A stretch of DNA of 64,000 bases from Candidatus Borrarchaeum weybense. GTDB taxonomy: Archaea; Asgardarchaeota; Sifarchaeia; Borrarchaeales; Borrarchaeaceae. Within the stretch, counting starts at the first letter, position 1. Every line of letters begins with the position of its first letter. Both the position numbers and the translations under genes were made by a program. The stretch spans positions 83,212 through 147,211 of the forward strand of contig JAHQJS010000003.1 in the NCBI GenBank assembly GCA_019057385.1, in the 5' to 3' direction. Below, one piece after another: positions 9,759-18,341 of this stretch. Below the pieces are notes generated by a model. It was not told the origin of the DNA and did no database searches. It saw only the letters and a program-made list of their open reading frames with translations.

Positions 9759-9771
9759 ATATAAACCTTGC
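9759..9771 (-). promoter_or_regulatory. Promoter motif GCAAGGTTTATAT upstream of the RAMP-HD gene
   Basis: Identical 13-mer at 10808-10820 upstream of the Cas7-like gene; contains a TATA box. Confidence 0.6.
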
Positions 9772-9812
9772 CAAAGTAAACACGTTTGCAACTGTTGTTT
9801 GTAAAGTGGGTA

Positions 9813-9903
9813 TGACATTTTTCGTTCCTTGCGAGTCATCCGTCCCCAACAATTGAGGCGTCGGACCTCTAAGCTGGTTCAGTCTCATGCACAAGAACGT
9901 ATC
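9813..9903 (-). repeat. RAMP-associated structured repeat, copy 2
   Basis: 82/91 identical to 8701-8791. Outer-stem differences keep pairing (G-U to A-U, C-G to U-G). Confidence 0.85.
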
Positions 9904-9962
9904 ACTCACATCAGTAAGTGATAAACCGTAATGAGATGAGAAAAAAAGTTGAAATAAATGTG

Positions 9963-10772
9963 TCACACAGCCACCTTCTCATCCTGTTTACTCATAGTAT
10001 TCAAAGAAGTTCTCCAATCCTCGATTTTACTTAGAGAAAGCGGAATTTCAGTGGTTTCTTCTATAATTTTATAGTTTCCTTCGCTATCCTCTTCGACTCT
10101 TCGAAAAGTCTCAACCTTCTGAAGAGCAATATTAAGGATTTTGACGCAACCATATCCACTTGACCGTCCTGCCCCAAGAATTTCTACGTAGAGCATTGCT
10201 TCTATAAGAAACTTGATTTCAACATCAGTTAGATTAGTGACATCAATTTGAAAGGAAAAAAATCCACTGAAATAACTCTCACGAAAGTCTTGGATGGGAG
10301 TACCATCATAGGCAAGCGCTATTCTGTTTTCACTAGAGATGTGGACATTTTGAACTGGCACTATTGTTATAAAATCTTTGTGTTTAATCGAGGCAATAGG
10401 GTCTGCTGCGACAACAATAGAGGACTTTTCACGGAAGGTGCCAAAGATTGTTCTGAGAATACAGGGAGGATCGCATGTACCAAGCGCATGAAATCCTTGC
10501 GGAAGAACACTTTTACCATCTTTAAGTTCAGTTTTTTCAGAACTATGACATACTTCGATGTTGCAGTCTTGAGCAAGTTCCATACAGGCATGTCTTAACA
10601 TCCCTCGGATACCTTTAATGTAATAAAATTTAGTATTGAACGTTTTTTCTCCATTCACATAAGGAAATTTCCCTAACAAGAGCATGCTAGAATTTTTCTG
10701 AATCGAGGCATTGATAGGCTTTGCTATGGGTGTAAAGGCGTGAACAACTATCTGGTTTTTGATTTTTCTCAT
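9963..10772 (-). CDS. Cas7-like RAMP superfamily protein
   Basis: IVVHAFTPI beta-1, IKGIRGMLRHA helix, Cys/His insertion ending CDPPCILRTIFG, C-terminal G-loop ILGAGRSSGYG. Confidence 0.85.
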   Translation of the reverse strand: MRKIKNQIVVHAFTPIAKPINASIQKNSSMLLLGKFPYVNGEKTFNTKFYYIKGIRGMLRHACMELAQDCNIEVCHSSEKTELKDGKSVLPQGFHALGTCDPPCILRTIFGTFREKSSIVVAADPIASIKHKDFITIVPVQNVHISSENRIALAYDGTPIQDFRESYFSGFFSFQIDVTNLTDVEIKFLIEAMLYVEILGAGRSSGYGCVKILNIALQKVETFRRVEEDSEGNYKIIEETTEIPLSLSKIEDWRTSLNTMSKQDEKVAV

Positions 10773-10807
10773 GTTTCCAACCTCAAATATATTTAGTACA
10801 AGTACCT

Positions 10808-10820
10808 ATATAAACCTTGC
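10808..10820 (-). promoter_or_regulatory. Promoter motif GCAAGGTTTATAT upstream of the Cas7-like gene
   Basis: Identical to 9759-9771. Confidence 0.6.
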
Positions 10821-11115
10821 TCAAAATAAACACTTTTTCTACTCTTGTTAGTAAAATGGGGTTTAAAATGACTTCCTTTTTAGAAATAAAGTATTTTAAA
10901 CAGGTTTTATGTGAAAAACCATTGTATGTTTAGAACCTGATTTATAAATCACAATGTAACATTCAATTTACATCATCATTTTTTTAAAAGAATAGTTGTT
11001 TGATTTAACAAAATTAAGTTTCTTCGGGAATTCAAAAAGAGTACATTGATGGTATCAACTAAACTAAAAATCGTTCGAAAAAAATAATTGTTCCATTGAT
11101 GGTTGCTAATAAAAA

Positions 11116-14100
11116 TTAGGGCAATAGATCTTTTACTGTAACTGGAGGACCCTTTTTCTGTGGTTTATAGATGCCTTCTAAATGTTGGAATCTTTCAAAC
11201 ATTAAGTGGAGAGTTTCCTTATCTGGAGCGTAAATAAAGGGGATGAATCGCTTATTTTCTAGCAAAAAATCCTTGAGTTGTACTGCACACTGCCTTAAAG
11301 CCTCCATTACTGTCATCTTCTGTTCAAGATAGTATATTTCTTGATTGAGTATATCATCAACTAGTCTCTCAACTTTGTAGTGTCCATTCCATGTTAGGTG
11401 ATAGAATTGTTCGTGTTCAAGCGTTTTACGCTTCTTGAAATCAGCTTTTGTAAATTCACCATACAAACATGCTAAAATTAGGGTGAGCCTGAACAAGGGA
11501 ATAAACATTTCTCGAAAATCAAAGATAGTGCCTAGAAAGGAGCGTTGGGTTTTTTTAAAGTGCAGTATCAGTTCATCCGGTACCCAAGAAAATCCTACTT
11601 CAGCGAGTGCTTTTCGACAGTAAAGGTTAAGATGACGATAAACAGCATTGAGTGCAGCACTAAAGGGTGTACGTGCTTTTACTTCTCCTAAAAGGACAAC
11701 GGTGGAAATATAGCGTTCTAGGGTACGACTAATGATCTCAAAGTAGGTTCCTCTTAGCAAACGTTTAGGGATTTCCCAGGCAACTCCTTCAACTAAGCCT
11801 TCAAACCCACGGAGGTTGTCAATATTACCCCTCCAATAGAGAAAAGTATATGCTACTCGATCCAGCAATTTAGATAAGAGCTCTTGAGCATTTTCAGCAG
11901 ATAACAACCCCTCTTTTTCAACTTGGAGTACTGAATTGGCTAGACCTATATCTTTACTTATTGTCAGAAGCCATGCTAGCAATTTGCCTCGTTCTGTTCC
12001 TCTGATTCGCTGAGCGGCATATTTCAGTTCGTCGGCTACCTGTTGTTTCTTTGGAGTTAGTTTATTTTGTGCAAAGAAACTACCTTTTGGTGTATTTGCA
12101 TCAATGAGTTTCTTGCTATATTTCTTACGAATGTATTGCGATATATCGCCACCTTCAATGATGATATTACGGATAGCACCGACTAAATACCGTTTTGTTT
12201 CTCTTCCGTCTTTTAGTGTATGAACAAATCGTTTTTTTCTAATATCGAGCCTTTCATTACACTTGACACGGATATTTCGTTTTGGTCTTCTGATATAGAC
12301 CTTTGTCTTTTTAACTCTCTGAACATAATTCCCGGGCTTACCTATAAGCAGTTCTAAATTTGTTTGCAATACATCACGATAACCCGGTTTTATTACAAGT
12401 TCACCATTAACGGTCAAATGATAACTGGAATTGCATTCAGGACAGACTGTATATTCCATATATGAGGACGGTAATTCCACAATGCCACGAGGTTTACAGT
12501 TTAAACATGTAATGCTGCCATTTGTTTCTTGCAATATTCTTATTTTACGTTTTTTTAACCTTTGAACATTTTCGTGATGTTCGCATGCACTCTTCCTTGG
12601 TGTGGCGTAAGGATTTCTTGCTCGTTTTCCTACTTGTTTGTTTAATTTGCAGTTTAACACACAAACATGTGCATGTTTCGATCTTCGACGGTCCTTTATA
12701 GGGTTTATCTGAATGAACTTACAAGATCCACAGGTGAGCCGAAGATGTTCAGGAATACTTGCGTTCACATCAGCTACATAGATTTTGGGGCGCCCTCGAA
12801 GCTGACCTTGAGAGATAACCTGTATTTGCTCTTGTATTTTTAACTGCTTGATGTGCTTAACTATCGTAGTATAGTGAACATTTTGATTGTATTGCTTGCG
12901 AACCTCTGACAAAATAAAATCGTAAGAAATGATTCCATGTTTTTTAATAATGTTATAAATTGCTTTATGAAGTCCGGGATATGGTTTCGGTCTTTGCTTT
13001 GGATACCAACGTCTCTTTTTAACTTTTTTCGCTTCATTAGCTTTAAGCTCATTATATTTAGCATTTAGTTTAGTTGAGAGTTCTTTAGCGACTCGTGCTT
13101 CTCTCAGGTCTCTTTGTCCCAAAAAGCTATAACTTGCTTCTGCGATCCATGAGGCTGTTTTCTTATGAGATTCAGCATCACCCAGTCGTATTTTTGCCTG
13201 AATTGCAGCTTCTGTTACTGTAGATCCTTGACTTAGTAACTTAATGAAGGCTGTATACTGTTGGGCGTTATACCGTTTGGTGTTACTTAGTTCACGCATA
13301 CATTGCCCAACAAGTTTGACTAATTGTTGGGAAAACTCCTGTTCTGAAGAGGAATGATTTGTGACAAAAAACTTCTTGATCCTTATTGCAATTTTGATCG
13401 GCAGTAAATATTTACTTGCCCAACGACCCTTGTCTGTTGCACAGAACCTTCCTCCATTTTTTCTAACAAAACCTTCCGTGATCAGCGTTTGAAGGATACC
13501 CTGTTTCTTATTTCTTTCATCAGACTCAGGTTTAGCCAATAGATCTCCTTTTAATTGCTGTTTGAAGTCTTTCAATTTGTCATAGGTGAATGGTGTGAGA
13601 AATAAGCGAAGTTCGCCGTATTTAACCTTGTTTGCAGTGGTTCTTTTCCTGATCCAAATGAAAAATGTTCGAGTTAATCGTTTCAAGTCGTTCGGCAGGG
13701 AACCTTTGTGTGCGTCGAATAGTATTAACAGTAAATGATTTTCATTATTAAGTTGGCATAGTTCCTCTTCTTTGGTCATAAGTGCACTATTCATTAGTTC
13801 GAACCAGTTCCGTAGCATTGTTTTGTATTGATGAAAGAAATAGTGCCTTTCAAGTTTGCTCAGTAATTGATTCGAGGATACAGAACCCTTAGCTATTAAT
13901 GTAAGTACAATATCTGCCATTGAAGAACGTGCTTGGCTTTTAATGCTATGTTCTTTCACTATCAGTTGTCCTTCAACGATTTGTATCTCCTTTTGTTTCA
14001 GAAGTTCTTGGTCGTTTCCAACAAAGATCAAGTCAGCATACCCAATCCTATGATGTCGCGGTCGTGCCGCCCTGCCACTCAGTTGTATAAGCAGTTGGGG

Positions 14101-15099
14101 GCTGAACATTTCAGCATCGTTGATTATCACTCGTTTAATCGGAAAGTTAACCCCCTCTCCGTATTGGATTGTTGAAACAAAGACCTGAAATTCGCCATTG
14201 TTAAGTCGCCTCATAGCTTCTCGTTGTTCTTTCTTACTGAGTCCTGCGTGACTGTAGCCAACTTTGAGATCGAAACCAGAATTCTTGAGAAAGATCTGCA
14301 ATATTTCAGCATATTTCTCAACCTGTTTTCGTGTGTAACAGAAGAGTTGCACGATTTTGATCTGATGTTCATCATTCGAAGGTTGCTCAAAGGTCTTTTT
14401 TATCAATCTAGCGAAAAGAAAAATCTTTTTTCGTTCAATTTGTTCTAATTTATTGCCTGAAATTCCAAAAGTCGACACAATAAGTGTCGATCGCCGCTCT
14501 TTTGTGTGTATAAGATGAGCATCGAGCCAACTTGCCAGATCTTCAGTATTACCTAATGTAGCCGAGAGATAGATAATTTGCGGACGAGGACGCAACCACG
14601 CTTTAGCATTAACAATTGCGGTTTCTAGGTGCACGCCCCGCCCTTTTTTGCCTAAATTGTGCAGTTCGTCAACTACCAGCAATCCCACTTGGTCTAAGAA
14701 TGGATATTCAAAATGTTTGGCTAGTAGTCCATTAAAGGATTCGTAGGTGATGACGAGAATATCCGCACTTTGAATCTCTTCAGGAGCTGGTCGATCATCT
14801 CCGCTGACCCTGAGGATGGTACATGTGTCTTGATACCACTCTTTGAATCTATCGTACATTTGATCGATTAGACGCTTGGTCGGCTCAAGGATCACACAGC
14901 GCAAACCTTTTCCTAGTATTTTTGTAGACATTATTTGAGCGATCAAGGTTTTTCCCGAAGCTGTGGGAGAGTACAATATCTTATCCTGTCTTTGCTTCCC
15001 AGAAAAACATGCTTCCCATTGAAAATCGTAGAGAGCTTTGATGTCAGCCTGTTCTAATCGTTGACGAATGAATTCGTAGTTAAACCCTCTTTTTGTCAT
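11116..15099 (-). CDS. SF2 (Ski2/Hel308-like) helicase - wHTH/Zn-finger - Cas1-like integrase fusion
   Basis: N-terminus: PTASGKT, VVDELH, LSAT, HAGL, QLSGRAAR. Middle: CGSC, CLNC, CPEC. C-terminus: Cas1-type LRGFEG, SAALNAVYRHL, GFSWVPDELILH, FDFREMFIP. Confidence 0.8.
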   Translation of the reverse strand: MTKRGFNYEFIRQRLEQADIKALYDFQWEACFSGKQRQDKILYSPTASGKTLIAQIMSTKILGKGLRCVILEPTKRLIDQMYDRFKEWYQDTCTILRVSGDDRPAPEEIQSADILVITYESFNGLLAKHFEYPFLDQVGLLVVDELHNLGKKGRGVHLETAIVNAKAWLRPRPQIIYLSATLGNTEDLASWLDAHLIHTKERRSTLIVSTFGISGNKLEQIERKKIFLFARLIKKTFEQPSNDEHQIKIVQLFCYTRKQVEKYAEILQIFLKNSGFDLKVGYSHAGLSKKEQREAMRRLNNGEFQVFVSTIQYGEGVNFPIKRVIINDAEMFSPQLLIQLSGRAARPRHHRIGYADLIFVGNDQELLKQKEIQIVEGQLIVKEHSIKSQARSSMADIVLTLIAKGSVSSNQLLSKLERHYFFHQYKTMLRNWFELMNSALMTKEEELCQLNNENHLLLILFDAHKGSLPNDLKRLTRTFFIWIRKRTTANKVKYGELRLFLTPFTYDKLKDFKQQLKGDLLAKPESDERNKKQGILQTLITEGFVRKNGGRFCATDKGRWASKYLLPIKIAIRIKKFFVTNHSSSEQEFSQQLVKLVGQCMRELSNTKRYNAQQYTAFIKLLSQGSTVTEAAIQAKIRLGDAESHKKTASWIAEASYSFLGQRDLREARVAKELSTKLNAKYNELKANEAKKVKKRRWYPKQRPKPYPGLHKAIYNIIKKHGIISYDFILSEVRKQYNQNVHYTTIVKHIKQLKIQEQIQVISQGQLRGRPKIYVADVNASIPEHLRLTCGSCKFIQINPIKDRRRSKHAHVCVLNCKLNKQVGKRARNPYATPRKSACEHHENVQRLKKRKIRILQETNGSITCLNCKPRGIVELPSSYMEYTVCPECNSSYHLTVNGELVIKPGYRDVLQTNLELLIGKPGNYVQRVKKTKVYIRRPKRNIRVKCNERLDIRKKRFVHTLKDGRETKRYLVGAIRNIIIEGGDISQYIRKKYSKKLIDANTPKGSFFAQNKLTPKKQQVADELKYAAQRIRGTERGKLLAWLLTISKDIGLANSVLQVEKEGLLSAENAQELLSKLLDRVAYTFLYWRGNIDNLRGFEGLVEGVAWEIPKRLLRGTYFEIISRTLERYISTVVLLGEVKARTPFSAALNAVYRHLNLYCRKALAEVGFSWVPDELILHFKKTQRSFLGTIFDFREMFIPLFRLTLILACLYGEFTKADFKKRKTLEHEQFYHLTWNGHYKVERLVDDILNQEIYYLEQKMTVMEALRQCAVQLKDFLLENKRFIPFIYAPDKETLHLMFERFQHLEGIYKPQKKGPPVTVKDLLP

Positions 15100-15640
15100 A
15101 ATAATGATCTGCCCCCTCAGCTTCGTCTAATTAGATATTAGCTAAAATTCATTTATAAAGCGGGTAAACTTTCAAATCGATTGCTAGAATGTTCTATTCG
15201 ATAAAAAACAAGTTTGCCTTCGGCATAGTTACCTTCGCTATGTCGCTTCTCAAAAAAAAACCACCGTTGAAGAAGGTAATTAATCCTTCTCTTCAATGAT
15301 AGAGGAGGGTTCGATTTTAATCACCTATAGAACATAATGAAATACAGAGGACAAAAAACTACAATAAGACTTATTGCTTCCAAAGTATTTAAACTCGACA
15401 ACTCGTGATTTAAGTAGTTAATCAAGAAGGCTAAACTTCTTAGAAAATATGGTAGAAGAATCTTCATCGAAAAAGGTTTTTGAGGGAAAAGAAAAACATC
15501 TGTGACATTGTTCCTACTATAAGTTTGCCGATAAAGTTAAAAAAAAGACTTCGTATAGATATTGTCCAATACTTTGGCACAATAATGTAACTCGTGGACT
15601 ATTTTAATAATATAAGTTCCCTTGTAATCAAACAATTGAA

Positions 15641-15817
15641 GCGGGGGTGTCCGAGATCTCCTCTCAATGGAGAGTAACGGGAACTTGGCCAAAGGAGCAG
15701 GACTGAGGCTCCTGTGGCGTAGAGAAGCATTAGATGCCTTAGGTTTCGCGATCGCCTGCGTGGGTTCGAAGGAATAAAGCAAAATGGCTTATTCCGAAAA
15801 TCCCATCCCCCGCACCA
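15641..15817 (+). tRNA. tRNA-Leu(GAG) with 3 non-canonical introns, CCA encoded
   Basis: Near copy of 3409-3585. Anticodon GAG at 15705-15707; different T-loop intron. Confidence 0.9.
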
Positions 15818-15906
15818 CTCTTCACTCACGGAACAAATTACTGGTTTTTAATGGGTTAAATATGCGCCTTAATGTTGCAACATAATGTATTGTCAATTTT
15901 CTCTTA

Positions 15907-16221
15907 GTGAGCTACCTCGTGCTAAAGCTTTGAGGCTTCCTGCTTCTACGACAGACTCGATCCCCTGGCGGGTTACGGAGGTCTTATCTCCACAGGCTTA
16001 ACATCCCTACGCCCCGTAGGTACGGTTAACCATCGTGATGCAATCGAAGTATGCATCTTGACTACAAGTGTGCGTGTGATCCCTCCAATTGCAGTTGATA
16101 TCTCGTCATACCAGCTATATAACTCTTAGGGAGACCCCTCGATGCAAGTGATAAAAGTGAACACATATTATTGCAATTCATCACCACGCTGAAGCTTTGG
16201 TGCTTTCTTGCTCAGCTACTC
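15907..16221 (-). mobile_element. Non-autonomous IS200/IS605 (TnpB-type) miniature element
   Basis: Subterminal hairpins, right end ...TAGCTCAC, TTAC next to the left end (16222-16225). Homologous blocks at both ends of 43000-43588. Confidence 0.8.
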
Positions 16222-16243
16222 GTAATTTTTCATTAGATTTCTT

Positions 16244-17233
16244 TCAGATTTTGACGGAATAATAGAGCGAGGAAGGAGCACCTGACAGAAGAAGCCAAAT
16301 AAAACAAACAAACCAATCCAATATAGCAATTACAGAACATATAACGAGCGCACTAGGGAACAAAAAAGCAAATAAGCCGATCATGAATAACATTTGGGAT
16401 AGACCTGCAGGGTTAACGATACTCGCACCTAATAAGTATGAAGTTGCACCGATGAACAATGCTACACCAAAGGAGAGAGGATAGCCCACAGCAATTGAGA
16501 GGATGTAGACTTTACTTGCTTCGAGAATCCAAATTGGAAAGGCAATAAGGAGTGCAAGAGGTGTATTTCGCTTATCAGTAATAAGATCTTCAATATCTTT
16601 CGTTAGTTCTGACATTCCTTCAACTGCTTTCTTCTGAATTTGCTTAGCAGGCTTAAAGATCGTTTGTAGAATTTTAATGCAGAAATTGACGAACCAAGGC
16701 TTTCTAATTAAAACGAAAAAAGCGATAAACAAAGCAATAATACCAACAGAGAACAACCACGACTGAATAACACTTTGTAAGTCACTAAAAATGAATATGA
16801 TAGAAAACGAGGTAATTATAACGAGTGCAACACTATCAACAAAGCGTTCAACGATTACTGAGGTCAAAGATTTAGAGAATGTGGTTTTTCTGTCTTTCGA
16901 TAACCAATAACTTCTAACAAACTCTCCGACTCGAAGTGGGATGATTGTGTTGATAAAGATACCAGAGCACAAAATCGGAAATAGTCTTATACTTGGGGGC
17001 AGTTTATAAGAAGAAAGAAGAAGATTCCAGCGACCAGTTCGAAGAGAAAAGGATACAATTATTAATAAGAACGTGGGGAACAACAAAAGAGTATTTGCTT
17101 GCTTTATGGCATCAAGAATAGCATTAAAACCAAGCTGGCTAAAAATATAGATGATGATGGCACTAGTTACCATGAAGATAAGAATGACAAACAATGTTTT
17201 GCGTAGAGTAAAATTAACGGAAATTACTCTCAC
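16244..17233 (-). CDS. Lysylphosphatidylglycerol synthase TM-domain / flippase-like membrane protein
   Basis: LRTGRWNLLL, FINTIIPLRVGEFVRSY, VIVERFVD; multiple TM helices. Confidence 0.85.
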   Translation of the reverse strand: MRVISVNFTLRKTLFVILIFMVTSAIIIYIFSQLGFNAILDAIKQANTLLLFPTFLLIIVSFSLRTGRWNLLLSSYKLPPSIRLFPILCSGIFINTIIPLRVGEFVRSYWLSKDRKTTFSKSLTSVIVERFVDSVALVIITSFSIIFIFSDLQSVIQSWLFSVGIIALFIAFFVLIRKPWFVNFCIKILQTIFKPAKQIQKKAVEGMSELTKDIEDLITDKRNTPLALLIAFPIWILEASKVYILSIAVGYPLSFGVALFIGATSYLLGASIVNPAGLSQMLFMIGLFAFLFPSALVICSVIAILDWFVCFIWLLLSGAPSSLYYSVKI

Positions 17234-17259
17234 CTATTTTAAATCTACAGAGATAGAAG

Positions 17260-18009
17260 TTACTTCCTCTTTTTCCTACCTGCTCGTCGAGCAGCAATGA
17301 GTCCTACTTTTCGACCTGGGGGTGCATTTCGTGATACTGTTGTTGGACCACCTGGTGCCTGTTTGCTGCCTCCGCCGTGCGGATGAGATACGATATTCAT
17401 AGCTACACCACGTACATGTGGCCATTTTCTCCCTTTTGCGGTTATAAAGTGATATTTAGTGCCAGCTTTGACAAACGGTTTTTCAGGGCGACCTCCACCT
17501 GCAACTACGCCAATTGTAGCCCTACATTTTGAATTAATTATTATCGATTTTTTTGAGGGCAATTGTACGATAGTAGTGCCTTTAGAATGCGAAATGATTG
17601 TTGCATAGCAACCTCCTGATCTTATAAATTTCCCACCATCTCCTGGATTCTTTTCAATATTAAAGATGGGCGTTCCTTCCGGAATGTTTTCAAGTGGAAG
17701 AACATTTCCAATAGAAATAGTTGCATTTGAGCCATATTCAACAACTTGACCGATGTAAGCAGCTTCGGGTAATAGCAATAAACTTTTTACTCCATCTTTA
17801 TATTTTATGACGCCAACAGGTGCGCCACGTCCTGGATCATGATATAGACCAGTTATCACACCAGTTATTATACGTTCTACAGTTGATTTTTCGAGAGGGC
17901 GATACTTTACAGCGCCTCTTCTCTTGTGAGTATGAGCACGGAATGTTGGAGAGCCACGTCCTCTTCTTTGTACAAGAACTTTTTTACCCACGCTTTTTTG
18001 CCTCCTCAT
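17260..18009 (-). CDS. rpl2: Ribosomal protein uL2
   Basis: QRRGRGSPTF, HDPGRGAP, WPHVRGVAMN, HPHGGG. Confidence 0.97.
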   Translation of the reverse strand: MRRQKSVGKKVLVQRRGRGSPTFRAHTHKRRGAVKYRPLEKSTVERIITGVITGLYHDPGRGAPVGVIKYKDGVKSLLLLPEAAYIGQVVEYGSNATISIGNVLPLENIPEGTPIFNIEKNPGDGGKFIRSGGCYATIISHSKGTTIVQLPSKKSIIINSKCRATIGVVAGGGRPEKPFVKAGTKYHFITAKGRKWPHVRGVAMNIVSHPHGGGSKQAPGGPTTVSRNAPPGRKVGLIAARRAGRKKRK

Positions 18010-18026
18010 AAATATTGAAAGGAATT

Positions 18027-18311
18027 TTAGAACATTCCCAATTTTGCAGCGAGATCACCTGCATCTTCTTTATCAGATAAGCGTACATACGCTTTTTTTC
18101 TTCCATCAGGCAGAATAAGTGTATTAACACGGTCAACTTTTATATCGTAAAGAACTTCAACTGCTTTCTTAATCTCCCGCTTATTGGCACGCCTATCTAC
18201 GATAAATGCTAATTTATTTTCATTTTCGATCATATCGAACAACTTTTCACTGATTACTACATTATAAACAATTCGATGTAGCTTACCGCTAAGGATCGAT
18301 TCTTTTTCCAT
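18027..18311 (-). CDS. rpl23: Ribosomal protein uL23
   Basis: ENKLAFIVDRRANKREIK, VNTLI...KKAYVRL. Confidence 0.96.
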   Translation of the reverse strand: MEKESILSGKLHRIVYNVVISEKLFDMIENENKLAFIVDRRANKREIKKAVEVLYDIKVDRVNTLILPDGRKKAYVRLSDKEDAGDLAAKLGMF

Positions 18312-18341
18312 TTTAGATTTTCTCCAAATAATTTATGGTTC

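Noticed and set aside
8681-9966. ORFs 8681..8893 and 9730..9966 as genes
   Set aside because: Their similarity is confined to the 91-nt repeat and ORF 8681..8893 runs across a TATA box. Not annotated as CDS, but kept as an alternative in the findings
8500-15640. Canonical CRISPR array near the cas-like genes
   Set aside because: No run of 25-45 nt direct repeats with regular spacers was seen. The only repeat is 91 nt, in two copies 1112 nt apart with a gene between them
8480-15640. Casposon with terminal inverted repeats and target-site duplication
   Set aside because: No PolB gene and no convincing TIR/TSD by eye. The AACCTTTTC / GAAAAAGGTT match is too short for AT-rich DNA
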